Position numbers and translations under genes: made by a program. The notes under the pieces were generated by a model. It was given only the letters and a program-made list of their open reading frames with translations. It did not search any database and was not told the origin of the DNA. Of a stretch of 64,000 nucleotides of DNA, positions 26,760-36,600 are shown piece after piece. The stretch is taken from the IMG/VR virus record IMGVR_UViG_3300014205_000188, positions 1 through 64,000 of that record; one strand, 5' to 3'. Source of the DNA: a virus. Taxonomy: Duplodnaviria; Caudoviricetes. Every line of letters starts with the position of its first letter. The stretch's first letter is position 1.

Positions 26760-27548
26760 TTGTACATGGAGAACTGGGCCGATAAGACCTTTTGGGTGCA
26801 ACAGACGCCCGCGTTTGCCTTTGTCGTGAACCCCGAGGAGGAGATCGACATGACAGACTTCCTGGGGGAGGAAGTGGTATCAGTTGGATCACATCCCTCT
26901 TGTCATGCCTGTCCCCATGTCCACCCCTGTATGAATTCCCTTTGGTTGGATGGGACGAGAGCGGGTGGGCCAACCTTGAAAGACACTACTGAAACCTATG
27001 TGTCTTTTTGCCCCGTGTGCCTAACCACCTCTCTTAGCCCCCCGGGAGGTTCCCTTCCAGGAGTGCCTACACTGTGCCCTCGCAAACAAAAGGCGGGGGT
27101 TTTTTGTTCTTCTTGCCAAGATCTGTCGGTCCGGTTACGGGATCAGAATGAGAGTTTGCGGTCCCTTCGGGGCATCATTCAAGACTCACTGCAGGAACTG
27201 AGACAAGGCACCCTGGATGGGAAAAAGATGATGGATCGAATGATCGCTCCCGTTCCTCGAGTGTTTGAGAACCAGAAGTTGGCCTCAAGGTCGCAGTACC
27301 TGATGGCTGCTCTGATTCAAGACCTTGGATCACGCTTCCCCCTTGTGGCTGCTCCTGATGAGGAGGGCCCCGAGTTGCGCTATCACTTGTATCTGGCCAT
27401 GACAATGGGGAAACCCGAGGATGTAGCCAAGGCTTTTCTCATGTATATCATGTTTTTCAGTTGGGATCAGTGGGAGACTCTCTCCTTACCTCAACGGAAA
27501 ATGGCTTTGACAGTCTGGATGGGGTTTGCCCGTTGGTTTATGCGCTAA
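26760..27548 (+). CDS. hypothetical Cys-rich protein
   Basis: CHAC, CPVC, CSSC; start uncertain. Confidence 0.55.
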   Translation: MYMENWADKTFWVQQTPAFAFVVNPEEEIDMTDFLGEEVVSVGSHPSCHACPHVHPCMNSLWLDGTRAGGPTLKDTTETYVSFCPVCLTTSLSPPGGSLPGVPTLCPRKQKAGVFCSSCQDLSVRLRDQNESLRSLRGIIQDSLQELRQGTLDGKKMMDRMIAPVPRVFENQKLASRSQYLMAALIQDLGSRFPLVAAPDEEGPELRYHLYLAMTMGKPEDVAKAFLMYIMFFSWDQWETLSLPQRKMALTVWMGFARWFMR

Positions 27549-27561
27549 GAAGGATCGTAGT

Positions 27562-28119
27562 ATGACAAGGACACCACAGCATGAAGCCGTTGTTCAGGCT
27601 TTACAGCGGGACGGCTATTCCGTGGATCTGGAGCAGGGACGGGTCTTGAATGCCCTGGGTGTCCCCTTGGGGGTGACCCTGACCCGTAGTGCTAAGGACG
27701 GCTATCCCAAGGTTAAACTTAGGGGTCGTACTGTCCCCGTACACAAGGTGGTGGCCTATGTACTATGGGGGGATAATGCTTTTGCTCCTGGTATACATGT
27801 CAGGCACTTAGACGGTAACAGAGAGAATACAAAAGCATCCAATTTAGCCCTGGGAACACCAAGCCAAAACGCTTTTGACAAGCCGGCGGATGTTAGATCT
27901 GCCATGGCTAAAGTGGCTCGAGCAGCCCAAAAATCACCCTGTAATAAGATCCTAAATGAGGACGTTATGGCACGTCTAATTAAAGACGACCCTTTTGACC
28001 TCTATGGGCACGTAAAGATTGGGTTTTTGGGCAAGTGGGCTCAGGCATTGGGGATCACCAAGTCAGCCATATCCCAAGCATTAAAAAAGCACCGATTGGC
28101 TAACCCTTTGAAAAGATAG
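27562..28119 (+). CDS. HNH homing endonuclease
   Basis: GYPKV...VHKVVA...VRHLDGNRENTKASNL...SQN; C-terminal HTH; visibly more AT-rich than flanks. Confidence 0.85.
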   Translation: MTRTPQHEAVVQALQRDGYSVDLEQGRVLNALGVPLGVTLTRSAKDGYPKVKLRGRTVPVHKVVAYVLWGDNAFAPGIHVRHLDGNRENTKASNLALGTPSQNAFDKPADVRSAMAKVARAAQKSPCNKILNEDVMARLIKDDPFDLYGHVKIGFLGKWAQALGITKSAISQALKKHRLANPLKR

Positions 28120-28294
28120 GAATGGCTCTTTTACAACTAAGGCTCATTGTAAGTTGTAAAGTTTCCATTAACCCGGCCGGGCTCGGCCAGGTCCTTCTTA
28201 CTAGGATCCTGTTTCTAGCTCTAAACACTCTCCTAGTATGCCAGTGCGGTTGTGGCCCTATACGGAACCGTCTTTGACTCTCAGAGGAGACGGT

Positions 28295-28513
28295 ATGGCC
28301 ATCAAGAAGAAGTCCGGTTTGTTGTTCCGCATCTACGAGTTCCGGGATGAGAACGGGGTTATCTATTGGTCGGCCACGTCCTCCGGGGACCTAGTACTTC
28401 CTCCCACCCGTTTGTTTTTGCAGAACAAGAAAGGTCTGATCTGGGGTCACTTCATCCATCAGATCAGGGCGACTGCTTTGGCAGCACAAAAAGGGACGCT
28501 TGTTGAGGAATGA
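28295..28513 (+). CDS. small hypothetical protein
   Basis: GAGGAG SD; late-type motif at 28247-28262. Confidence 0.6.
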   Translation: MAIKKKSGLLFRIYEFRDENGVIYWSATSSGDLVLPPTRLFLQNKKGLIWGHFIHQIRATALAAQKGTLVEE

Positions 28514-28566
28514 GGGTAAAATAGACACGCCCCGCAGAGGGCACGTCTACCCATAGGAGCCCCGTA

Positions 28567-28890
28567 ATGAGTGAGAACACTACTGCCCCCGAAATTGCCG
28601 GTGAGACCTCGCAGGACCAGAACATCATTGGAACGATGACTCCTGAGGAGTCCTCCGCCCTGGCCAACATTCGTCAGAAGCTTCAGAACATGACGATGGA
28701 AGTCGGGAAGCTGGAAGTGCACAAGAGTCGTTTGTTGGGCAGCATGGCTGAGCTTGAGATGCAAGCTCAAGGTGTGCTGGACGCTATGACGACACGCCTA
28801 GGATTCCCGGCTGAGCCTGTTCCCTACCAGATTCTTCCCGACGGTCGAGTCCGTCTTGTCCCCCAGAATCCTACCGATAAGGTGGGCTGA
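28567..28890 (+). CDS. small coiled-coil protein
   Basis: AGGAG SD; heptad pattern. Confidence 0.65.
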   Translation: MSENTTAPEIAGETSQDQNIIGTMTPEESSALANIRQKLQNMTMEVGKLEVHKSRLLGSMAELEMQAQGVLDAMTTRLGFPAEPVPYQILPDGRVRLVPQNPTDKVG

Positions 28891-28898
28891 GGTGTGTT

Positions 28899-30305
28899 AT
28901 GGCCCAGGGTTGGGAGGTTAGTACAGGTCAACCAATACCCCCTCAGAATGGTCAGGTGACCAGTACTTTTGAGCGTGGGGTGTTGGAGGTACGCTGGGAC
29001 AATCCCGCTCTGTTGGCCAGCAACTCTTCATTCACGGTGGTAGGGGTCAATGTCTACCGCTCTGATGTGTCAGACAGAGGCCCCTACCACCGTTTGAATG
29101 AGTACCCCGTGGGGGTCACGTTCCACCAGGATCGGACGGACAACGTTTACATCTCTCGAGAGGTGGTAACGAATTGGGTCTTCCGAGGGAACGCCCCCAA
29201 CGATCGGAAATGGGTTTTTCGTTCCTCCATGCCTATGGTGAAGGGGTCCTCAAAGGGACCCTTCCAGACTGTGATGGCTGCGAACGCCGTTACCGACGTG
29301 ACCGTGTTCATTGACGGTGTTGAGGTCCCCGTTCATGACGTGTTTGGCCCGTCGGGGGAAGTGACCCTGATCAACCAACCTACTTTTGACTTCAGTTCTG
29401 AGTTGGCCGTGGACCCCGTCATTCCAGGTGCGGACTCAGTGGTTGAGGTGTCCTACTGGGCCAACCGAAATCATGTTCGTTCGGGCTTGGACGCTCATCT
29501 TTTCTATCGCTTGACCACAGTGGTCTTAGACCCTGAAACACCTAGTGGTTACCGTGAGACCAACCTGGAGTACACTCCGGCGATCACTCTGGGTGATGTT
29601 GAGTCCATGGACTACATCTGGCGGGAGGCTGTTCGGAGGAACAACTGGATCCTGTCTCTAGGTGGCGAGAGGGTGAAGGTTTTTCTCAAGAAGCAGTCAG
29701 GAGTGCCCTGTAAGTGCTCCCTACCAGATCGTCTCTTGGAATATGGCAAGCAACCCTCAAACAGGTGTGCCATCTGTTACGGGACGGGTTTCATCGGGGG
29801 GTATGAGGGCCCTTACGACATCATCATAGCTCCTGACGATGCTGAGCGAAGGCTCTCTCAGGGGGCCAATGGTCGCCGTATGGAACACTCTCAGGAGGTT
29901 TGGATCGGTCCCACCCCTGTGGTGACACAACGGGACATGATCGTGAAGCAAACCAATGAGCGTTACTCGATAGGTCCAGTGCGCCGTCCGTCCAATCGAG
30001 GAAACAGGCTTCAGCAGCATTTCAACATCGCGTACTTGGATGAGCAAGACATCCGGTACAGCGTTCCCATTGACGGCACCACGACCATGGGGTGGCCAGA
30101 GACCCGCTATAGTGTCAATGAGCGAGCCTATCCTCCTCTGCCTATTGACGGCACCCTGCAAACTACGGAGTGGGCAAACCCTGAACTGCCCTTGTTCCCT
30201 GTAGGGAATGACGCTCAAAATCCGATGGAGACGGAGAAGGCTGGGGTGCCTGCTGAGAAAGAGAGACGGGGTCGGACGCCGGCCTGGGAGAATCAAAACC
30301 ACTAA
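28899..30305 (+). CDS. putative neck/head-closure protein
   Basis: FnIII-like N-terminus (WDNP...GVNVYRS); GGERVKVF...CKC...CAICYGTGF; position before sheath. Confidence 0.55.
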   Translation: MAQGWEVSTGQPIPPQNGQVTSTFERGVLEVRWDNPALLASNSSFTVVGVNVYRSDVSDRGPYHRLNEYPVGVTFHQDRTDNVYISREVVTNWVFRGNAPNDRKWVFRSSMPMVKGSSKGPFQTVMAANAVTDVTVFIDGVEVPVHDVFGPSGEVTLINQPTFDFSSELAVDPVIPGADSVVEVSYWANRNHVRSGLDAHLFYRLTTVVLDPETPSGYRETNLEYTPAITLGDVESMDYIWREAVRRNNWILSLGGERVKVFLKKQSGVPCKCSLPDRLLEYGKQPSNRCAICYGTGFIGGYEGPYDIIIAPDDAERRLSQGANGRRMEHSQEVWIGPTPVVTQRDMIVKQTNERYSIGPVRRPSNRGNRLQQHFNIAYLDEQDIRYSVPIDGTTTMGWPETRYSVNERAYPPLPIDGTLQTTEWANPELPLFPVGNDAQNPMETEKAGVPAEKERRGRTPAWENQNH

Positions 30306-30910
30306 TGGCAACTGTCACTTCAAAACGGGCTCAAGCCATTCTGGGTGGACCTCTGTCTAAGATGACGGGGGTCCCCATGACTCGAGATCTGCTAGAACGG
30401 ATGGGCCAGTGTCTTGTGGACGCTCTCTCCAAGGAGTCCCGAGAATATTTTGGTAAGCGCGGGTGGTCCGGTCAGGATCCTGGTGGAGGTCCTCCAATCT
30501 GGGATTCTTTTTTCTATCAGATCCGAGGTAAAAGCACCTTGGAGATTTCCTCCTCCTTCTACGGGATGAACGAGCTTGCCCGTGGGGACGTTCCCGCTAG
30601 AGATATGGTGTGGTTGACACAAGAGGCCAAAGAGAAAAATCCGGCTCGCTATGCCCTGACTAAGAGAGAAAAATCTTTGGGCATGAGAAAGACGGGGAAG
30701 ATGTCAAAGAGGGAACGGTTGCCCTTAGTGATTCCCTTGGAGGTGAATGGTCAGGTGGAATTCAGAAAAGCTCCCCTGACTATTGGGGATGCCTGGGTGC
30801 ATCCGGGGATTGCCAAATTCACTTTTTTTGAGGCTGCTGTCAGGAAAGGGCGTCAGCAAATGGCACAGATTATCATGGCCGAAGTCGTTCGAGTGATTTC
30901 AGGGGGTTGA
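30305..30910 (+). CDS. putative tail completion/morphogenesis protein
   Basis: Basic; W.HPGI...FFE motif; position. Confidence 0.5.
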   Translation: MATVTSKRAQAILGGPLSKMTGVPMTRDLLERMGQCLVDALSKESREYFGKRGWSGQDPGGGPPIWDSFFYQIRGKSTLEISSSFYGMNELARGDVPARDMVWLTQEAKEKNPARYALTKREKSLGMRKTGKMSKRERLPLVIPLEVNGQVEFRKAPLTIGDAWVHPGIAKFTFFEAAVRKGRQQMAQIIMAEVVRVISGG

Positions 30911-30911
30911 G

Positions 30912-31262
30912 ATGGTAACACAGGTCATTGTGAAGTGCCTTTGCCGAACTTTTTTCGTTGCTGATCTAGGGATCACGCTGGAGAAGGGTGCCGAGGTGGT
31001 TCTGACGGAGGAGGTGGCCAGGTCGTCTAAAGACTTGGCCCATGCCCGTATGGTAGGGGCTGTGTCGGTGCGCTTTGAAACCGTGTGCCTCACACAGCAT
31101 ATGCCTCAGGGCCCTGCCCCGACTCCTCAGACTCCCCGGATGAAGTCTCCTCCGTCAAAGAAAAGTGACCCTCCTCAGGCTTCGTCTGGTATGGTAGAGG
31201 AGAAGGGACCCGAGAGTTCCTCTCGTCCCCCCGCACGAAGAAAGAAAAGGAGTGCACCCTGA
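30912..31262 (+). CDS. hypothetical protein
   Basis: Tightly coupled ORF. Confidence 0.55.
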   Translation: MVTQVIVKCLCRTFFVADLGITLEKGAEVVLTEEVARSSKDLAHARMVGAVSVRFETVCLTQHMPQGPAPTPQTPRMKSPPSKKSDPPQASSGMVEEKGPESSSRPPARRKKRSAP

Positions 31263-31897
31263 TGTCTGTCCCTTTAACCGCCCCCCAGTTGAGTAAACAG
31301 TCCCCCCTGGCGTTGAGAGCCGTACCGGAATCCTTTAACTTTGTCGTGGGCGACATTGTCAGGAGTCCCGACACACAGGAGTTTGTAGCCGAATATCAGG
31401 CTGCTCTGGACGAGGGTATCCCCAAAGACAGTGATCCTCAGGATGTTTTTTATAAGACGTTGGACTCTTGGTTGCTGGCCCTGCACGAGGTGCAGAAGCG
31501 GGGGGAGGGTGTGGCGTCCTATGACGACCCCAGGCGACGGTGCCTCTGTTTCCTCGATCTGAGTCGAAAAGTCAGCCACAATCTGAGCCTTTTTGTGGAG
31601 CGCAATCGGGACGTTGAGGACTCAACGTTGCTGCTCTTTGGGTTGACGCGAGAAATGTTTCGGAATAGTCAGACAAATCCTTTTGTGACTCCCGAGACTC
31701 GGCGTCGTTTTATCTGCCCGGAGGGACAAGAGGACCTTTTCTTTGCCGACTTGACCAGGGATGCAGGTTACGTAGCTCCTCCCCCCAATCCAGAGTTTGA
31801 TGCCGACCTACAGCGTTTGAGAGACTCATGGCTTGAGGAGGCCGTCCTCGAGAGTCCTAAAGATTTTGAGTGGGACTTGAACTGGAAGAAGCACTAA
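31262..31897 (+). CDS. hypothetical protein
   Basis: TGATG coupling. Confidence 0.55.
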   Translation: MSVPLTAPQLSKQSPLALRAVPESFNFVVGDIVRSPDTQEFVAEYQAALDEGIPKDSDPQDVFYKTLDSWLLALHEVQKRGEGVASYDDPRRRCLCFLDLSRKVSHNLSLFVERNRDVEDSTLLLFGLTREMFRNSQTNPFVTPETRRRFICPEGQEDLFFADLTRDAGYVAPPPNPEFDADLQRLRDSWLEEAVLESPKDFEWDLNWKKH

Positions 31898-31915
31898 ACG
31901 GGAGGTTGACGAGCC

Positions 31916-33118
31916 ATGTTTTACCAGTTGACAGAGGCGTTGAAAAACCGCTTCATTCTGGAACTGCGTAAATATTGGCAGTACCACCCCAAGTACCGAG
32001 ACGACCTTGTTGATCACATCCAAGGTAAGTTCTCGTTCAAAGAGCGCCCTCAGTACGCCATCATTGTCAAGACCGGCAGTGCCAATCGTTTTAATCTCTC
32101 AGCAGATAATTACGTTGGGGTTCACTACAGCTACATTTTTAATGCCAAGGCTGAGGGTTTCCCCGGAGTGGCGTTGGAGTGGGTGCAAGAGGACGCCATT
32201 GCCATTCAGAACAACGGTGGGGTCTTCCCGTCAGCTCCAGGAGTCTATTACCTGGAGCTGACGGAGGACACTGAGTTCTACGTCGACTGCCTGCTCTCCA
32301 TCTATGCCGAGCAGGTGACCATGCTGGGTTCGAGAACGGGCATGCTGGATCACGCCCCCGTCATGGGAAGCCTAAGGCTCTATGAGCAACCAGCCAACTA
32401 TCAGTTGGTGGAGGGTTCAGAGTACACCCTGACCCTGGATGGGTCGGGAAAACCCACGGGTGAGATCAACCTCAACTATGACCTGTTAGGTGGTCGTGTC
32501 CTGAAGGCGGACTACAAGACCCCAGGGCCATCAACAGGTCCTCACCCCTTGCAGCCCATGTACAAGAACAACACGGCCATCCCGGGCGTGTCCCTTGCCT
32601 TCGGACGCCGCAATGAGAAAGGCGACCGCATGGTCGTGGTGGTGGATCGGATCCGGCAACCCGCGGCATTGGTCTATGGTGGCAAGTGGGACCTGGCTAT
32701 GGATTTGGACATTACATCCAGAGATCCCTATGCCCAACAAGAGATCACGGACAGCACCCTCATGTACCTGGAGGCCATCTTGCGTCCGTACCTCTCCACC
32801 GAGGGCATTGAGATCTCGGACTTGTCAGGGGGCGGTGAGTCGGAAGAACCCATGGACGAAAATGGGGATGACTACTACTACAATGCTTCGATCTCATTCA
32901 CAGTTCAGACCGACTGGAAGCATTTGATTCCTCTGACCACGATGATCCGTCAGGTCTCGGCTTTGTCCTCCGACCAAGCTCGGTTGCTTGCCTTCCTCTC
33001 GGATGAGGACCTGGCCCTCTATCAGAACAACCTGGTGATGCTCGAGAGCTTGAATCTCAAAATGGTGGACGATCCCTATTTTGATGGTCGTGCAACAACA
33101 TTCGAGACAATTCGCTAG
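31916..33118 (+). CDS. putative tail terminator/sheath-stabiliser protein
   Basis: GGAGG SD; RPQYAIIV...WDLAMDLDITSRD...ISFTVQTDW; just upstream of sheath. Confidence 0.5.
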   Translation: MFYQLTEALKNRFILELRKYWQYHPKYRDDLVDHIQGKFSFKERPQYAIIVKTGSANRFNLSADNYVGVHYSYIFNAKAEGFPGVALEWVQEDAIAIQNNGGVFPSAPGVYYLELTEDTEFYVDCLLSIYAEQVTMLGSRTGMLDHAPVMGSLRLYEQPANYQLVEGSEYTLTLDGSGKPTGEINLNYDLLGGRVLKADYKTPGPSTGPHPLQPMYKNNTAIPGVSLAFGRRNEKGDRMVVVVDRIRQPAALVYGGKWDLAMDLDITSRDPYAQQEITDSTLMYLEAILRPYLSTEGIEISDLSGGGESEEPMDENGDDYYYNASISFTVQTDWKHLIPLTTMIRQVSALSSDQARLLAFLSDEDLALYQNNLVMLESLNLKMVDDPYFDGRATTFETIR

Positions 33119-33126
33119 GAGTGCCC

Positions 33127-33549
33127 ATGCCCCTGTACAACTACCAGTGTGACTGTGGTCTTTTCTTTGAGGCTAGTGCCCCGATGAAAGACAACCTGAA
33201 ACCCAAGCCCTGCCCGCAATGTGGAAACAAGGCGGAGAGGTCCTTGCCCGAGGACCTCTCCGGGTCTTTCCAACAGGAGGCGCAAGGTACTGGGCCTCAG
33301 AACACTGGGGTGCATGACTTCGATTTGAACTATGATCGGGTCATTGGGTCCGCCGCTACACAGGGGTGGGAGGTCAACGAGAAAAGGCAGCATGTCAAGC
33401 GTCAGGTTTTGACGAACAACCCACATGCTACCAAAGAGGATCTGACCCGAAACCCAGATGGATCCTATAGCGTGTTGAGTGCCGAGGAGAGAGCCATCCA
33501 CGATCGGTCTATTGCCATCAACAATGCCGCAGCCAAGTTGCACAGGTGA
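33127..33549 (+). CDS. FmdB-like zinc-ribbon protein
   Basis: MPLYNYQCDCG...CPQCG. Confidence 0.75.
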   Translation: MPLYNYQCDCGLFFEASAPMKDNLKPKPCPQCGNKAERSLPEDLSGSFQQEAQGTGPQNTGVHDFDLNYDRVIGSAATQGWEVNEKRQHVKRQVLTNNPHATKEDLTRNPDGSYSVLSAEERAIHDRSIAINNAAAKLHR

Positions 33550-33680
33550 CCCGTTAGATCCTTGATAGGCCTCGTACATGGACAGACACCCGGCTAAAGG
33601 CCGTGGAGAGGAGCCAAGAAAAGTTTCTTGGTGACATCTGTGGGCTGATCTAACCCGGCGACGGGATCACGAGGTGGCGA

Positions 33681-36600
33681 ATGGCTTACTACCCCCCCGG
33701 TGTAACAACCGAAACGACTTACGAGAATCCGCTTTCTGCGGTCTTGGAAAGTCTCAAGATCCCCGTTCTTGTTGGTGAGGGCAATGAGACCCTCTATCAG
33801 CAGGATCTGGAGGTGGTCCGTGGATCCTCCAGCGCTACCGATCAGCGGGTGGCTGGTGAGGATGTGAGTTCCCGCATGGTGGTTTCCCAAACCGCCGCTG
33901 GGGATGTGACCCTTGGTGACCCGAACGGTTCCCTGGACACCTTCCAGGTTCTGAATCGCCCTATCGTGACGGGGAACGGCACGGGTACAACAACCAACAG
34001 CCGCACGGATGTGGCTGTCACCATCAATGGGTCCCCAATCGTTGTTCGGGGTGTTGACGGTGCTCGTGGTCTAGTGCAGTTGGCCACCGTGGTGAACGAC
34101 GGAGACGTTGTTCTCTGCACCTATTTCTACAACCGCAGTGACACCCTGGTCACCGACGACGTTTCTGCCCAGGTTCCCAACCGGGCGGCAACAGTCAAGT
34201 CCTTGACGGGTGTGGCCGACGTCAATGCCCCCAACAGCACGTCAGAGGTTCTGTACCTCCATGGGGACTTGGTAAGCCTGGACGGAACCGTGACGGCTCT
34301 GGCCAACAACGTTTTGAATCTGAAGATTGACGGTGTTGACCGTACCATTGTGCTCCCCACTCGTACCGACTACACCATGGCCCAGGTTGCCGCCGCCATT
34401 ACGGCAGCACGGGCAGGGACGCTGACGGCAGCATCCTTTGTCAACAGTGCAGGGCACTCGGCTCTGATGCTGCAGTCTGATCACAGCCTCGCCGTGAAGG
34501 AAGGCAGTGCCAACAGCCCCCTCGGAATCCTGACGGGCACCGCTGACAACCGGGTGAGCACGTTCTACGTGTTCAACGGACCCATGGTTGATGGTACGGG
34601 CGGCGGTGTTGTAACCACTGACCCCGCCTCCGTGGTTGTGAAGGTCAATGGTAGGCAGTTCATTCCCACCTCTGTGGAGGGAAACGCTCGAGCCGTGACG
34701 ATCACCCCATCACCCATTGCCGGAGCCAGGGTCACGGTTCAGTACTGGTGGAACACTTGGCAGGACACGTTTGACAACCTCTACAACATTGGCGTTACGG
34801 CAGTAACCCAGTGCGGTTCGGTTCCCGGGGCGAATGACTACACTCAAGGTGCCGACTTCGTTCTGCACAACAACCGGATCATGTGGGGCACGGCGGCTCA
34901 AGTGGAAGCCGGGCTCAACACGGTTGGCTCGGAGCCTTTCAGTGAGACTCAGGTCAGTTTCACCCTGATTGACGACAGGACCTTCCTGTCCCCCTTGACT
35001 CCGGTCACGGCAACTAGCGGTGGGATCACTACCGACTCCAGGCTGTACTTCCAGCTGCCCGAGAATCCGACCCTGGGCAACGGTCGCGACACCCCGCTTG
35101 GTCAGAGCCTTTTCCAGACCGTGAGCAATGGACGTATCGACGTCCCCGTGAATCGTCCCGATGTGGTTTGGGCCTACTGGGGCTTTGATCTTCAGGACGC
35201 TGTTGCCCGGGGTCGGGTTGAGGTTCTGAAGGTTGACGGTTCGGTTATCACGTTGAAGGACCCGGTTCCCGTAGGAGCCCAGGTCTTTGGCACGTTCTAC
35301 TACAACCGTTTGACGGACGAGAGCTACACCCTTTCCTGCCTGGTACCTGGTGCCTCCAACGTGGGCCAGTACACCATGCAGGACTCCGGTGGAAATGACA
35401 TCTTCACCCCTGTGATGGTGTCCGGTGGTAAGGGTACCGCCCTGACGGGAGTCACGGTAGAGTTCCCCTCGGGTTCCGAGATGACCCCTGACCTCCGGTA
35501 CGAGTCGGGCAGCGGGACGTACTTCACGGGGCCCGCAGAGGAGATCGTAACCGTTCAGTTTGCTGCTCGGAAGGCTTCACCTGCCAAGTTCAGCCTCTCG
35601 GGTGCCGGTCCCTTCACGTTCATCCCCAACCAGTCCTCCTTCCTGAGACTCCAACTTCATGCTGTGGATGTCTTTGGAGCGACGGGTTTGAACCTGATGA
35701 GCCCCTCGAAGGTTGCGACTCACGTTGGTGGGTACTTTGCCTCCCTGGTAGGGGACGAGTTGTCCTATGCCGGCGGAGCGGGTGCTACCGTAGGTCAGAA
35801 CGTGACCCTGACGGCAACGGAGACCCTCACCCTGACGGTGGACGGAGTGGACATCCCGGTGTCCCTGCCCCCGGCTGCAGCGGTGGATGCCACCTACTTT
35901 GCGGCCCGCATCAATGACAATGCCAGTGGTCACATGGGTCTTTGCCAGGCGGGTTCCGCTGATGCAACGCTCGTGATGAATGCCGCTGCAACCCCGACGA
36001 ATGCTGCCACCTCGGATGACTACTACCTCGGTTGGAAGGTGGTGCTCGGCACCTCTGCCCTTCCGGGGGCCGCCGCAGGTGGGCAAGTTCGGACCATCCT
36101 CTCCTATGACGGAGCATCCCGCACGGCGACTATCGACGCCGATTGGGATGGTGGTCCTGCTACCCCCCCGGTAGCGCTTCAGCCCTACTTTGTCTATAAC
36201 CCGAGCACAATGGCCATTTACACGGGTGCTGCCCGGTTCAATGGTCCCGTCACCCTGGGGGCGGGGTTGCACGACAAGCTCAGGTTGGTATACACGGGTG
36301 ACGTTTCGGGGGCCCTTTCCCTTACTGGTGCAAACCAGGTTGACCTTGGTGACGGTCCCTTTGCTACCGCAGCCCTGTTGGCGGATGAAGTGACCTTGGG
36401 CATCAGGACCCAGATCACGGCCTTGGCTTCGGCACCCCATGCCGGTCTTGAGATTACTTGCACGGCCAATGCCGAAGGTCAGTTGGTTTTCAAGGTCCAG
36501 CTCCCCGGTGTTGACAATGCCGGTATCGTGCAGTTCCTGACGGCCGCCACCCCGGCTCAAGACTTCGCCGTCTTGGCGGGTCTTGACGCCGCTAGCGCGG

